Below, piece after piece: positions 11,001 to 25,000 of a stretch of DNA of 64,000 bases. A program made the position numbers and the translations under genes. The notes under the pieces were generated by a model. It was not told the DNA's origin. It worked only from the letters and a program-made list of their open reading frames with translations, and did no database searches. The stretch is taken from contig OZ024741.1 of the NCBI GenBank assembly GCA_964016885.1, positions 248,062,001-248,126,000 on the forward strand. The letters run 5' to 3'. Position 1 is the stretch's first letter. Each line of letters opens with the position of its first letter. Source of the stretch: Eledone cirrhosa. Its lineage: Eukaryota.

Positions 11001-13790
11001 CTCCCCCTGATTTTTTTTACAAATTATCTCCCCCTGATTTTTTTTTTACAAATTATCTCCCCCTGATTTTTTTTACAAATTATCTCCGCCTGATTTTTTT
11101 AAATATTATCTCTCCTTGGCTGGCGGGAAATTATCTTCCCTTGGACGGCTGGAAATTATCTCCCCTTGGAAGGATGGAAATTATCTCCCCTTGGACGGCT
11201 GGAAATTATCTACCCCTGATTTTTTTTACAAATTATCTCCCCCTGATTTATTTTACAAATTATCTCCCCCTGATTTTTTTTTTTAAAATTATCTCCCCCT
11301 GATTTTTTTACAAATTATCTCCCCCTGATTTTTTTTACAAATTATCTCCGCCTGATTTTTTTAAATATTATCTTACCTTGGCTGGCGGGAAATTATCTCC
11401 CCTTGGACGGCTGAAAATTATCTCCCCTTGGACGGCTGGAAATTATCTCCCCTTGATTTTTTTTACAAATTATCTCCCCCTGATTTTTTTTTACAAATTA
11501 TCTCCGCCTGATTTTTAAAAAAAAATTATCTCCCCTTCGCTGGCTGGAAATTATCTCCCCTTGGACGCTGGAAATTATAGCCCCTTGGAGGGCTGGAAAT
11601 TATCTTCCCTTGGACGGCTGGAAATTATCTCCCCTTGATTTTTTTTACAAATTATCTCCCCCTGATTTTTTTTTACAAATTATCTCCCCCTGATTTTTTT
11701 TTACAAATTATCTCCCCCTGATTTTTTTTTTACAAATTATCTCCGCCTGATTTTTTTAAAAAAATTATCTCCCCTTGGACGGCTGGAAATTATCTCCCTT
11801 TGGACGGCTGGAAATTATCTCCCCTTGGACGGCTAGAAATTATCTCTCCTTGGACGGCTGAAAATTATCTCCCCTTGGACGGCTGCAAATTATCTCCCCT
11901 TGATTTTTTTTACAAATTATCTCCCCCTGATTTTTTTTACAAATTATCTCCCCCTGATTTTTTTTACAAATTATCTACCCCTGATTTTTTTTACAAATTA
12001 TCTCCCCCTGATTTTTTTTTACAAATTATCTCCCTCTGATTTTTTTTTACAAATTATCTCCCCCTGATTTTTTTTTTACAAATTATCTCCCCCTGATTTT
12101 TTTACAAATTATCTCCCCCTGATTTTTTTTACAATCTCCGCCTGATTTTTTTAAAAATTATCTTCCCTTGGCTGGCGGGAAATTATCTCCCCTTGGACGG
12201 CTGGAAATTATCTCCCCTTGGAAGGATGGAAATTATCTCCCCTTGGACGGCTGGAAATTATCTCCCTTTGATTTTTTTTACAAATTATCTCCCTCTGATT
12301 TTTTTTACAAATCTCCCCCTGATTTTTTTAAAAAAATTATCTCCCCTTCGCTGGCTGGAAATTATCTCCCCTTGGACACTGGAAATTATAGCCCCTTGGA
12401 GGGCTGGAAATTATCTTCTCTTGGACGGCTGGAAATTATCTCCCCTTGATTTTTTTTACAAATTATCTCCGCCTGATTTTTTTTTAAAATTATCTCTCCT
12501 TGGACGGCTGGAAATTATCTCCCCTTGATTTTTTAAAAAATTATCTCCCCTTGGAAGGCTGGAAATTATCTCCCCTTGGCTGGAAATTATCTCCCCTTGG
12601 ACGGCTAGAAATTATCTCTCTTTGGACGGCTGGAAATTATCACCCCTTGAGTTTTTTTACAAATTATCTCCCCCTGATTTTTTTTACAAATCTCCCAGTG
12701 ATTTTTTTTAAAAAATTATCTCCCCTTCGCTGGCTGGAAATTATCTCCCCTTGGACGCTGGAAATTATAGCCCCTTGGAGGGCTGGAAATTATCTTCCCT
12801 TGGACGGCTGGAAATTATCTCCCCTTGATTTTTTTTACAAATTATCTCCCCCTGATTTTTTTTTACAAATTATCTCCCCCTGATTTTTTTTTACAACTTA
12901 TCTGCGCCTGATTTTTTTTAAAAAATTATCTCCCCTTGGACGGCTGGAAATTATCTCCCCTTGGACGGCTGGAAATTATCTCTCCTTGGACGGCTAGAAT
13001 TTACCTCTCCTTGGACGGCTGAAAATTATCTCCCCTTGGACGGCTGGAAATTACCTCCCCTTGATTTTTTTTACAAATTATCTCCCCCTGATTTTTTTTT
13101 ACAAATTATCTCCCCCTGATTTTTTTTTACAAATTATCTCCCCCTGATTTTTTTTTACAAATTATCTCCCCCTGATTTTTTTTACAAATTATCTCCCCTT
13201 GGCTGGCTGGAAATTATCTCCCCTTGGAGGCTGGAACTTATCTCCCCTTGGACGGCTGGAACTTATCTCCCCTTGGACGGCTAGAAATTACCTCTCCTTG
13301 GACGGCTGGAAAATATGTCTCCTTGGACGGCTGGAAATTATCTCCCCTTGGACGGCTGGAAATTATCTCCCTTGGACGGCTGGAAATTATCTCCCCTTGG
13401 ATGGCTAGATATTACCTCCCCTTGGACGGCTGGAAATTATCTCCCCTTGATTTTTTTTAGAAATTATCTCCCCCTGATTTTTTTTTACAAATTATCTCCC
13501 CCTGATTTTTTATTACAAATTATCTCCCCCTGATTTTTGTTTACAAATTATCTCCGCCTGATTTTTTTTTAAAAATTATCTCCCCTTGGACGGCTGGAAA
13601 TTATCTCCCCTTGGACGGCTAGAAATTACCTCTCCTTGGACGGCTGAAAATTATCTCCACTTGGACGGCTGGAAATTATCTCCCCTTGATTTTTTTACAA
13701 ATTATCTCCCCCTGATTTTTTTTTACAAATTATCTACCCCTGATTTTTTTTTACAAATTATCTACCCCTGATTTTTTTTTACAAATTATC
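8045..13790 (+). repeat. Recent tandem duplication, 2 x 2,872 bp
   Basis: Constant offset of 2872 for ORFs 8928/11800, 9296/12168, 9628/12500, 10327/13199 and 10714/13586. The junction lies in an unusually long 11-unit B run at ~10,815-11,100. Confidence 0.93.
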
Positions 13791-16700
13791 TCCCCCTGAT
13801 TTTTTTTACAAATTATCTCCCTCTGATTTTTTTTTTACAAATTATCTCCCCCTGATTTTTTTACAAATTATCTCCCCCTGATTTTTTTTACAAATTATCT
13901 CCGCCTGATTTTTTTAAATATTATCTCTCCTTGGCTGGCGGGAAATTATCTCCCCTTGGACGGCTGGAAATTATCTCCCCTTGGAAGGATGGAAATTATC
14001 TCCCCTTGGACGGCTGGAAATTATCTCCCCTTGGACGGCTGGAAATTACCCCCCCTTGATTTTTTTACAAATTATCTCCCCCTGATTTTTTTTTACAAAT
14101 TATCTCCCCCTGATTTTTGTTTACAAATTATCTCCCCTTGGACGGCTGGAAATTATCTCCCCTTGGACGGCTAGAAATTACCTCTCCTTGGACGGCTGAA
14201 AATTATCTCCCCTTGGACGGCTGGAAATTATCTCCCCTTGATTTTTTTACAAATTATCTCCCCCTGATTTTTTTTTTACAAATTATCTCACCCTGATTTT
14301 TTTTACAAATTATCTACCCCTGATTTTTTTTTACAAATTATCTCCCCCTGATTTTTTTTACAAATTATCTCCCCCTGATTTTTTTTTTACAAATTATCTC
14401 CCCCTGATTTTTTTACAAATTATCTCCCCCTGATTTTTTTTACAAATTATCTCCGCCTGATTTTTTTAAATATTATCTCTCCTTGGCTGGCGGGAAATTA
14501 TCTCCCCTTGGACGGCTGGAAATTATCTCCCCTTGGAAGGATGGAAATTATCTCCCCTTGGACGGCAGGAAATTATCTACCCCTGATTTTTTTTACAAAT
14601 TATCTCCCCCTGATTTATTTTACAAATTATCTCCCCCTGATTTTTTTTTTAAAAATTATCTCCCCCTGATTTTTTTACAAATTATCTCCCCCTGATTTTT
14701 TTTACAAATTATCTCCGCCTGATTTTTTTAAATATTATCTTACCTTGGCTGGCGGGAAATTATCTCCCCTTGGACGGCTGAAAATTATCTCCCCTTGGAC
14801 GGCTGGAAATTATCTCCCCCTGATTTTTTTTACAAATTATCTCCCCCTGATTTTTTTTTTACAAATTATCTCCGCCTGATTTTTTTTAAAAAATTATCTC
14901 CCCTTGGACGGCTGGAAATTATCTCCCCTTGGACGGCTGGAAATTATCTCCCCTTGGACGGCTAGAAATTATCTCTCCTTGGACGGCTGAAAATTATCTC
15001 CCCTTGGACGGCTGCAAATTATCTCCCCTTGATTTTTTTTACAAATTATCTCCCCCTGATTTTTTTTACAAATTATCTCCCCCTGATTTTTTTTACAAAT
15101 TATCTACCCCTGATTTTTTTTACAAATTATCTCCCCCTGATTTTTTTTTACAAATTATCTCCCTCTGATTTTTTTTTACAAATTATCTCCCCCTGATTTT
15201 TTTTTTACAAATTATCTCCCCCTGATTTTTTTACAAATTATCTCCCCCTGATTTTTTTTACAATCTCCGCCTGATTTTTTTAAAAATTATCTTCCCTTGG
15301 CTGGCGGGAAATTATCTCCCCTTGGACGGCTGGAAATTATCTCCCCTTGGAAGGATGGAAATTATCTCCCCTTGGACGGCTGGAAATTATCTCCCCTTGC
15401 ACGGCTGGAAATTATCTCCCCTTGGCTGGAAATTATCTCCCCTTGGACGGCTAGAAATTATCTCTCTTTGGACGGCTGGAAATTATCTCCCTTTGATTTT
15501 TTTTACAAATTATCTCCCTCTGATTTTTTTTACAAATCTCCCCCTGATTTTTTAAAAAAAATTATCTCCCCTTCGCTGGCTGGAAATTATCTCCCCTTGG
15601 ACACTGGAAATTATAGCCCCTTGGAGGGCTGGAAATTATCTTCTCTTGGACGGCTGGAAATTATCTCCCCTTGATTTTTTTTACAAATTATCTCCGCCTG
15701 ATTTTTTTTTTAAATTATCTCTCCTTGGACGGCTGGAAATTATCTCCCCTTGATTTTTTTTACAAATTATCTCCCCCTGATTTTTTTTACAAATTATCTC
15801 CCCCTGATTTTTTTTTACAACTTATCTGCGCCTGATTTTTTTTTAAAAATTATCTCCCCTTGGACGGCTGGAAATTATCTCCCCTTGGACGGCTGGAAAT
15901 TATCTCTCCTTGGACGGCTAGAATTTACCTCTCCTTGGACGGCTGAAAATTATCTCCCCTTGCACGGCTGGAAATTACCTCCCCTTGATTTTTTTTACAA
16001 ATTATCTCCCCCTGATTTTTTTTTACAAATTATCTCCCCCTGATTTTTGTTTACAAATTATCTCCCCTTGGACGGCTGGAAATTATCTCCCCTTGGACCG
16101 CTAGAAATTACCTCTCCTTGGACGGCTGAAAATTATCTCCCCTTGAACGGCTGGAAATTATCTCCCCTTGATTTTTTTACAAATTATCTCCCCCTGATTT
16201 TTTTTTACAAATTATCTCACCCTGATTTTTTTTACAAATTATCTACCCCTGATTTTTTTTCACAAATTATCTCCCCCTGATTTTTTTTACAAATTATCTC
16301 CCCCTGATTTTTTTTTTACAAATTATCTCCCCCTGATTTTTTTTACAAATTATCTCCGCCTGATTTTTTTAAATATTATCTCTCCTTGGCTGGCGGGAAA
16401 TTATCTTCCCTTGGACGGCTGGAAATTATCTCCCCTTGGAAGGATGGAAATTATCTCCCCTTGGACGGCTGGAAATTATCTACCCCTGATTTTTTTTACA
16501 AATTATCTCCCCCTGATTTATTTTACAAATTATCTCCCCCTGATTTTTTTTTTTTAAATTATCTCCCCCTGATTTTTTTACAAATTATCTCCCCCTGATT
16601 TTTTTTACAAATTATCTCCGCCTGATTTTTTTAAATATTATCTTACCTTGGCTGGCGGGAAATTATCTCCCCTTGGACGGCTGAAAATTATCTCCCCTTG

Positions 16701-19049
16701 GACGGCTGGAAATTATCTCCCCTTGATTTTTTTTACAAATTATCTCCCCCTGATTTTTTTTTACAAATTATCTCCGCCTGATTTTTAAAAAAAAATTATC
16801 TCCCCTTCGCTGGCTGGAAATTATCTCCCCTTGGACGCTGGAAATTATAGCCCCTTGGAGGGCTGGAAATTATCTTCCCTTGGACGGCTGGAAATTATCT
16901 CCCCTTGATTTTTTTTACAAATTATCTCCCCCTGATTTTTTTTTACAAATTATCTCCCCCTGATTTTTTTTTACAAATTATCTCCCCCTGATTTTTTTTT
17001 TACAAATTATCTCCGCCTGATTTTTTTAAAAAAATTATCTCCCCTTGGACGGCTGGAAATTATCTCCCTTTGGACGGCTGGAAATTATCTCCCCTTGGAC
17101 GGCTAGAAATTATCTCTCCTTGGACGGCTGAAAATTATCTCCCCTTGGACGGCTGCAAATTATCTCCCCTTGATTTTTTTTACAAATTATCTCCCCCTGA
17201 TTTTTTTTACAAATTATCTCCCCCTGATTTTTTTTACAAATTATCTACCCCTGATTTTTTTTACAAATTATCTCCCCCTGATTTTTTTTTACAAATTATC
17301 TCCCTCTGATTTTTTTTTACAAATTATCTCCCCCTGATTTTTTTTTTACAAATTATCTCCCCCTGATTTTTTTACAAATTATCTCCCCCTGATTTTTTTT
17401 ACAATCTCCGCCTGATTTTTTTAAAAATTATCTTCCCTTGGCTGGCGGGAAATTATCTCCCCTTGGACGGCTGGAAATTATCTCCCCTTGGAAGGATGGA
17501 AATTATCTCCCCTTGGACGGCTGGAAATTATCTCCCTTTGATTTTTTTTACAAATTATCTCCCTCTGATTTTTTTTACAAATCTCCCCCTGATTTTTTTA
17601 AAAAAATTATCTCCCCTTCGCTGGCTGGAAATTATCTCCCCTTGGACACTGGAAATTATAGCCCCTTGGAGGGCTGGAAATTATCTTCTCTTGGACGGCT
17701 GGAAATTATCTCCCCTTGATTTTTTTTACAAATTATCTCCGCCTGATTTTTTTTTTAAATTATCTCTCCTTGGACGGCTGGAAATTATCTCCCCTTGATT
17801 TTTTAAAAAATTATCTCCCCTTGGAAGGCTGGAAATTATCTCCCCTTGGCTGGAAATTATCTCCCCTTGGACGGCTAGAAATTATCTCTCTTTGGACGGC
17901 TGGAAATTATCACCCCTTGAGTTTTTTTACAAATTATCTCCCCCTGATTTTTTTTACAAATCTCCCAGTGATTTTTAAAAAAAAATTATCTCCCCTTCGC
18001 TGGCTGGAAATTATCTCCCCTTGGACGCTGGAAATTATAGCCCCTTGGAGGGCTGGAAATTATCTTCCCTTGGACGGCTGGAAATTATCTCCCCTTGATT
18101 TTTTTTACAAATTATCTCCCCCTGATTTTTTTTACAAATTATCTCCCCCTGATTTTTTTTTACAACTTATCTGCGCCTGATTTTTTTTTAAAAATTATCT
18201 CCCCTTGGACGGCTGGAAATTATCTCCCCTTGGACGGCTGGAAATTATCTCTCCTTGGACGGCTAGAATTTACCTCTCCTTGGACGGCTGAAAATTATCT
18301 CCCCTTGGACGGCTGGAAATTACCTCCCCTTGATTTTTTTTACAAATTATCTCCCCCTGATTTTTTTTTACAAATTATCTCCCCCTGATTTTTTTTTACA
18401 AATTATCTCCCCCTGATTTTTTTTTACAAATTATCTCCCCCTGATTTTTTTTACAAATTATCTCCCCTTGGCTGGCTGGAAATTATCTCCCCTTGGAGGC
18501 TGGAACTTATCTCCCCTTGGACGGCTGGAACTTATCTCCCCTTGGACGGCTAGAAATTACCTCTCCTTGGACGGCTGGAAAATATGTCTCCTTGGACGGC
18601 TGGAAATTATCTCCCCTTGGACGGCTGGAAATTATCTCCCTTGGACGGCTGGAAATTATCTCCCCTTGGATGGCTAGATATTACCTTCCCTTGGACGGCT
18701 GGAAATTATCTCCCCTTGATTTTTTTTAGAAATTATCTCCCCCTGATTTTTTTTTACAAATTATCTCCCCCTGATTTTTTATTACAAATTATCTCCCCCT
18801 GATTTTTGTTTACAAATTATCTCCGCCTGATTTTTTTTTAAAAATTATCTCCCCTTGGACGGCTGGAAATTATCTCCCCTTGGACGGCTAGAAATTACCT
18901 CTCCTTGGACGGCTGAAAATTATCTCCACTTGGACGGCTGGAAATTATCTCCCCTTGATTTTTTTACAAATTATCTCCCCCTGATTTTTTTTTACAAATT
19001 ATCTACCCCTGATTTTTTTTTACAAATTATCTACCCCTGATTTTTTTTT

Positions 19050-22000
19050 ACAAATTATCTCCCCCTGATTTTTTTTACAAATTATCTCCCTCTGATTTTT
19101 TTTTTACAAATTATCTCCCCCTGATTTTTTTACAAATTATCTCCCCCTGATATTTTTTACAAATTATCTCCGCCTGATTTTTTTAAATATTATCTCTCCT
19201 TGGCTGGCGGGAAATTATCTCCCCTTGGACGGCTGGAAATTATCTCCCCTTGGAAGGATGGAAATTATCTCCCCTTGGACGGCTGGAAATTATCTACCCC
19301 TGATTTTTTTTACAAATTATCTCCCCCTGATTTTTTTTACAAATTATCTCCCCCTGATTTTTTTTTACAAATTATCTACCCCTGATTTTTTTTACAAATT
19401 ATCTCCCCCTGATTTTTTTTACAAATTATCTCCCCCTGATTTTTTTTTTACAAATTATCTCCCCCTGATTTTTTTACAAATTATCTCCCCCTGATTTTTT
19501 TTACAAATTATCTCCCCTTGGAGGCTGGAATTTATCTCCCCTTGGACGGCTAGAAATTACCTCTCCTTGGACGGCTGGAAAATATGTCTCCTTGGACGGC
19601 TGGATATTATCTCCCCTTGGACGGCTGAAAATTATCTCCCCTTGGACGGCTGGAAATTATCTCCCCTTGATTTTTTTTACAAATTATCTCCCCCTGATTT
19701 TTTTTTACAAATTATCTCCCCCTGATTTTTTTTACAAATTATCTCCCCCTGATTTTTTTTTACAAATTATCTGCCGCTGATATTTTTTACAAATTATCTC
19801 CCCTTGGAGGCTGGAATTTATCTCCCCTTGGACGGCTAGAAATTACCTCTCCTTGGACGGCTGGAAAATATGTCTCCTTGGACAGCTGGATATTATCTCC
19901 CCTTGGACGGCTGGAAATTATCTCCCCATGGACGGCTGGAAATTATCTCCCCTTGGACGGCTAGAAATTATCTCTCCTTGGACGGCTGAAAATTATCTCC
20001 CCTTGGACGGCTGCAAATTATCTCCCCTTGATTTTTTTTATAAATTATCTCCCCCTGATTTTTTTTACAAATTATCTCCCCCTGATTTTTTTTACAAATT
20101 ATCTACCCCTGATTTTTTTTACAAATTATCTCCCCCTGATTTTTTTTTACAAATTATCTACCTCTGATTTTTTTTTACAAATTATCTCCCCCTGATTTTT
20201 TTTTTACAAATTATCTTCCCCTGATTTTTTTACAAATTATCTCCCCCTGATTTTTTTTACAATCTCCGCCTGATTTTTTTAAAAATTATCTTCCCTTGGC
20301 TGGCGGGAAATTATCTCCCCTTGGACGGCTGGAAATTATCTCCCCTTGGAAGGATGGAAATTATCTCCCCTTGGACGGCTGGAAATTATCTCCCCTTGCA
20401 CGGCTGGAAATTATCTCCCCTTGGCTGGAAATTATCTCCCCTTGGACGGCTAGAAATTATCTCTCTTTGGACGGCTGGAAATTATCACCCCTTGAGTTTT
20501 TTACAAATTATCTCCCCCTGATTTTTTTTACAAATCTCCCAGTGATTTTTAAAAAAAATTATCTCCCCTTGGACGGCTGGAAATTATCTCCCCTTGGACG
20601 GCTGGAAATTATCTCGCCTTGGACAGCTAGAATTTACCTCTCCTTGGACGGCTGAAAATTATCTCCCCTTGGGCGGCTGGAAATTATCTCCCCTTGATTG
20701 TTTTTACAAATTATCTCCCCCTGATTTTTTTTACAAATTATCTCCCCCTGATTTTTTTTTACAAATTATCTGCCGCTGATTTTTTTTACAAATTATCTCC
20801 CCTTGGAGGCTGGAATTTATCTCCCCTTGGACGGCTAGAAATTACCTCTCCTTGGACGGCTGAAAATTATCTCCCCTTGGACGGCTGCAAATTATCTCCC
20901 CTTGATTTTTTTTATAAATTATCTCCCCCTGATTTTTTTTACAAATTATCTCCCCCTGATTTTTTTTACAAATTATCTACCCCTGATTTTTTTTACAAAT
21001 TATCTCCCCCTGATTTTTTTTTACAAATTATCTACCTCTGATTTTTTTTTACAAATTATCTCCCCCTGATTTTTTTTTTACAAATTATCTTCCCCTGATT
21101 TTTTTACAAATTATCTCCCCCTGATTTTTTTTACAATCTCCGCCTGATTTTTTTAAAAATTATCTTCCCTTGGCTGGCGGGAAATTATCTCCCCTTGGAC
21201 GGCTGGAAATTATCTCCCCTTGGAAGGATGGAAATTATCTCCCCTTGGACGGCTGGAAATTATCTCCCCTTGCACGGCTGGAAATTATCTCCCCTTGGCT
21301 GGAAATTATCTCCCCTTGGACGGCTAGAAATTATCTCTCTTTGGACGGCTGGAAATTATCACCCCTTGAGTTTTTTACAATTTATCTCCCCCTGATTTTT
21401 TTTACAAATCTCCCAGTGATTTTTTAAAAAAATTATCTCCCCTTGGACGGCTGGAAATTATCTCCCCTTGGACGGCTGGAAATTATCTCGCCTTGGACGG
21501 CTAGAATTTACCTCTCCTTGGAAGGCTGAAAATTATCTCCCCTTGGACGGCTGGAAATTATCTCCCCTTGATTTTTTTTACAAATTATCTCCCTCTGATT
21601 TTTTTTTACAAATTATCTCCCCCTGATTTTTTTTTACAAATTATCTCCCCCTGATTTTTTTTTACAAATTATCTCCCCCTGATTTTTTTTTACAAATTAT
21701 CTCCCCCCTGATTTTTTTACAAATTATCTCCCCTTGGCTGGCTGGAAATTATCTCCCCTTGGAGGCTGGAACTTATCTCCCCTTGGACGGCTAGAAATTA
21801 CCTCTCCTTGGACGGCTGGAAAATATGTCTCCTTGGACGGACGGATATTATCTCCCCTTGGACGGCTGGAAATTATCTCCCCTTGGACGGCTGGAAATTA
21901 TCTCCCCTTGGATGGCTAGATATTACCTCCCCTTGGACGGCTGGAAATTATCTCCCCTTGATTTTTTTTACAAATTATCTCCCCCTGATTTTTTTTTACA

Positions 22001-25000
22001 AATTATCTCCCCCTTATTTTTTTTTAAAAATTATCTCCCCCTGATTTTTGTTTACAAATTATCTCCGCCTGATTTTTTTTTAAAAATTATCTACCCTTGG
22101 ACGGCTGGAAATTATCTCCCCTTGGACGGCTGGAAATTATATCTCCTTGGACGGCTAGAATTTACCTCTCCTTGGACGGCTGAAAATTATCTCCCCTTGG
22201 ACGGCTGGAAATTATCTCCCCTTGATTTTTTTTACAAATTATCTCCCCCTGATTTTTTTTTACAAATTATCTCCCCCTGATTTTTTTTTACAAATTATCT
22301 CCCCCTGATTTTTTTTTACAAATTATCTCCCCCTGATTTTTTTACAAATTATCTCCCCTTGGCTGGCTGGAAATTATCTCCCCTTGGAGGCTGGAACTTA
22401 TCTCCCCTTGGACGGCTAGAAATTACCTCTCCTTGGACGGCTGGAAAATATGTCTCCTTGGACGGCTGGATATTATCTCCCCTTGGACGGCTGGAAATTA
22501 TCTCCCCTTGGACGGCTGGAAATTATCTCCCCTTGGATGGCTAGATATTACCTCCCCTTGGACGGCTGGAAATTATCTCCCTTTGATTTTTTTTACAAAT
22601 TATCTCCCCCTGATTTTTTTTTACAAATTATCTCCGCCTGATTTTTTTAAAAAAATTATCTCCCCTTGGACGGCTGGAAATTATCTCCCCTTGGACGGCT
22701 AGAAATTACCTCTCCTTGGACGGCTGAAAATTATCTCCCCTTGGACGGCTGGAAATTATCTCCCCTTGATTTTTTTACAAATTATCTCCCCCCGATTTTT
22801 TTTTTACAAATTATCTCCCCCTGATTTTTTTTTACAAATTATCTACCCCTGATTTTTTTTTACAAATTATCTCCCCCTGATTTTTTTTACAAATTATCTC
22901 CCCCTGATTTTTTTTACAAATTATCTCCCTCTGATTTTTTTTTTACAAATTATCTCCCCCTGATTTTTTTACAAATTATCTCCCCCTGATTTTTTTTACA
23001 AATTATCTCCGCCTGATTTTTTTAAATATTATCTCTCCTTGGCTGGCGGGAAATTATCTCCCCTTGGACGGCTGGAAATTATCTCCCCTTGGAAGGATGG
23101 AAATTATCTCCCCTTGGACGGCTGGAAATTATCTACCCCTGATTTTTTTTACAAATTATCTCCCCCTGATTTTTTTTACAAATTATCTCCCCCTGATTTT
23201 TTTTTACAAATTATCTACCCCTGATTTTTTTTACAAATTATCTCCCCCTGATTTTTTTTACAAATTATCTCCCCCTGATTTTTTTTTTACAAATTATCTC
23301 CCCCTGATTTTTTTACAAATTATCTCCCCCTGATTTTTTTTACAAATTATCTCCCCTTGGAGGCTGGAATTTATCTCCCCTTGGACGGCTAGAAATTACC
23401 TCTCCTTGGACGGCTGGAAAATATGTCTCCTTGGACGGCTGGATATTATCTCCCCTTGGACGGCTGAAAATTATCTCCCCTTGGACGGCTGGAAATTATC
23501 TCCCCTTGATTTTTTTTACAAATTATCTCCCCCTGATTTTTTTTTACAAATTATCTCCCCCTGATTTTTTTTACAAATTATCTCCCCCTGATTTTTTTTT
23601 ACAAATTATCTGCCGCTGATATTTTTTACAAATTATCTCCCCTTGGAGGCTGGAATTTATCTCCCCTTGGACGGCTAGAAATTACCTCTCCTTGGACGGC
23701 TGGAAAATATGTCTCCTTGGACAGCTGGATATTATCTCCCCTTGGACGGCTGGAAATTATCTCCCCATGGACGGCTGGAAATTATCTCCCCTTGGACGGC
23801 TAGAAATTATCTCTCCTTGGACGGCTGAAAATTATCTCCCCTTGGACGGCTGCAAATTATCTCCCCTTGATTTTTTTTATAAATTATCTCCCCCTGATTT
23901 TTTTTACAAATTATCTCCCCCTGATTTTTTTTACAAATTATCTACACCTGATTTTTTTTACAAATTATCTCCCCCTGATTTTTTTTTACAAATTATCTAC
24001 CTCTGATTTTTTTTTACAAATTATCTCCCCCTGATTTTTTTTTTACAAATTATCTTCCCCTGATTTTTTTACAAATTATCTCCCCCTGATTTTTTTTACA
24101 ATCTCCGCCTGATTTTTTTAAAAATTATCTTCCCTTGGCTGGCGGGAAATTATCTCCCCTTGGACGGCTGGAAATTATCTCCCCTTGGAAGGATGGAAAT
24201 TATCTCCCCTTGGACGGCTGGAAATTATCTCCCCTTGCACGGCTGGAAATTATCTCCCCTTGGCTGGAAATTATCTCCCCTTGGACGGCTAGAAATTATC
24301 TCTCTTTGGACGGCTGGAAATTATCACCCCTTGAGTTTTTTACAAATTATCTCCCCCTGATTTTTTTTACAAATCTCCCAGTGATTTTTAAAAAAAATTA
24401 TCTCCCCTTGGACGGCTGGAAATTATCTCCCCTTGGACGGCTGGAAATTATCTCGCCTTGGACAGCTAGAATTTACCTCTCCTTGGACGGCTGAAAATTA
24501 TCTCCCCTTGGGCGGCTGGAAATTATCTCCCCTTGATTGTTTTTACAAATTATCTCCCCCTGATTTTTTTTACAAATTATCTCCCCCTGATTTTTTTTTA
24601 CAAATTATCTGCCGCTGATTTTTTTTACAAATTATCTCCCCTTGGAGGCTGGAATTTATCTCCCCTTGGACGGCTAGAAATTACCTCTCCTTGGACGGCT
24701 GAAAATTATCTCCCCTTGGACGGCTGCAAATTATCTCCCCTTGATTTTTTTTATAAATTATCTCCCCCTGATTTTTTTTACAAATTATCTCCCCCTGATT
24801 TTTTTTACAAATTATCTACCCCTGATTTTTTTTACAAATTATCTCCCCCTGATTTTTTTTTACAAATTATCTACCTCTGATTTTTTTTTACAAATTATCT
24901 CCCCCTGATTTTTTTTTTACAAATTATCTTCCCCTGATTTTTTTACAGATTATCTCCCCCTGATTTTTTTTACAATCTCCGCCTGATTTTTTTAAAAATT

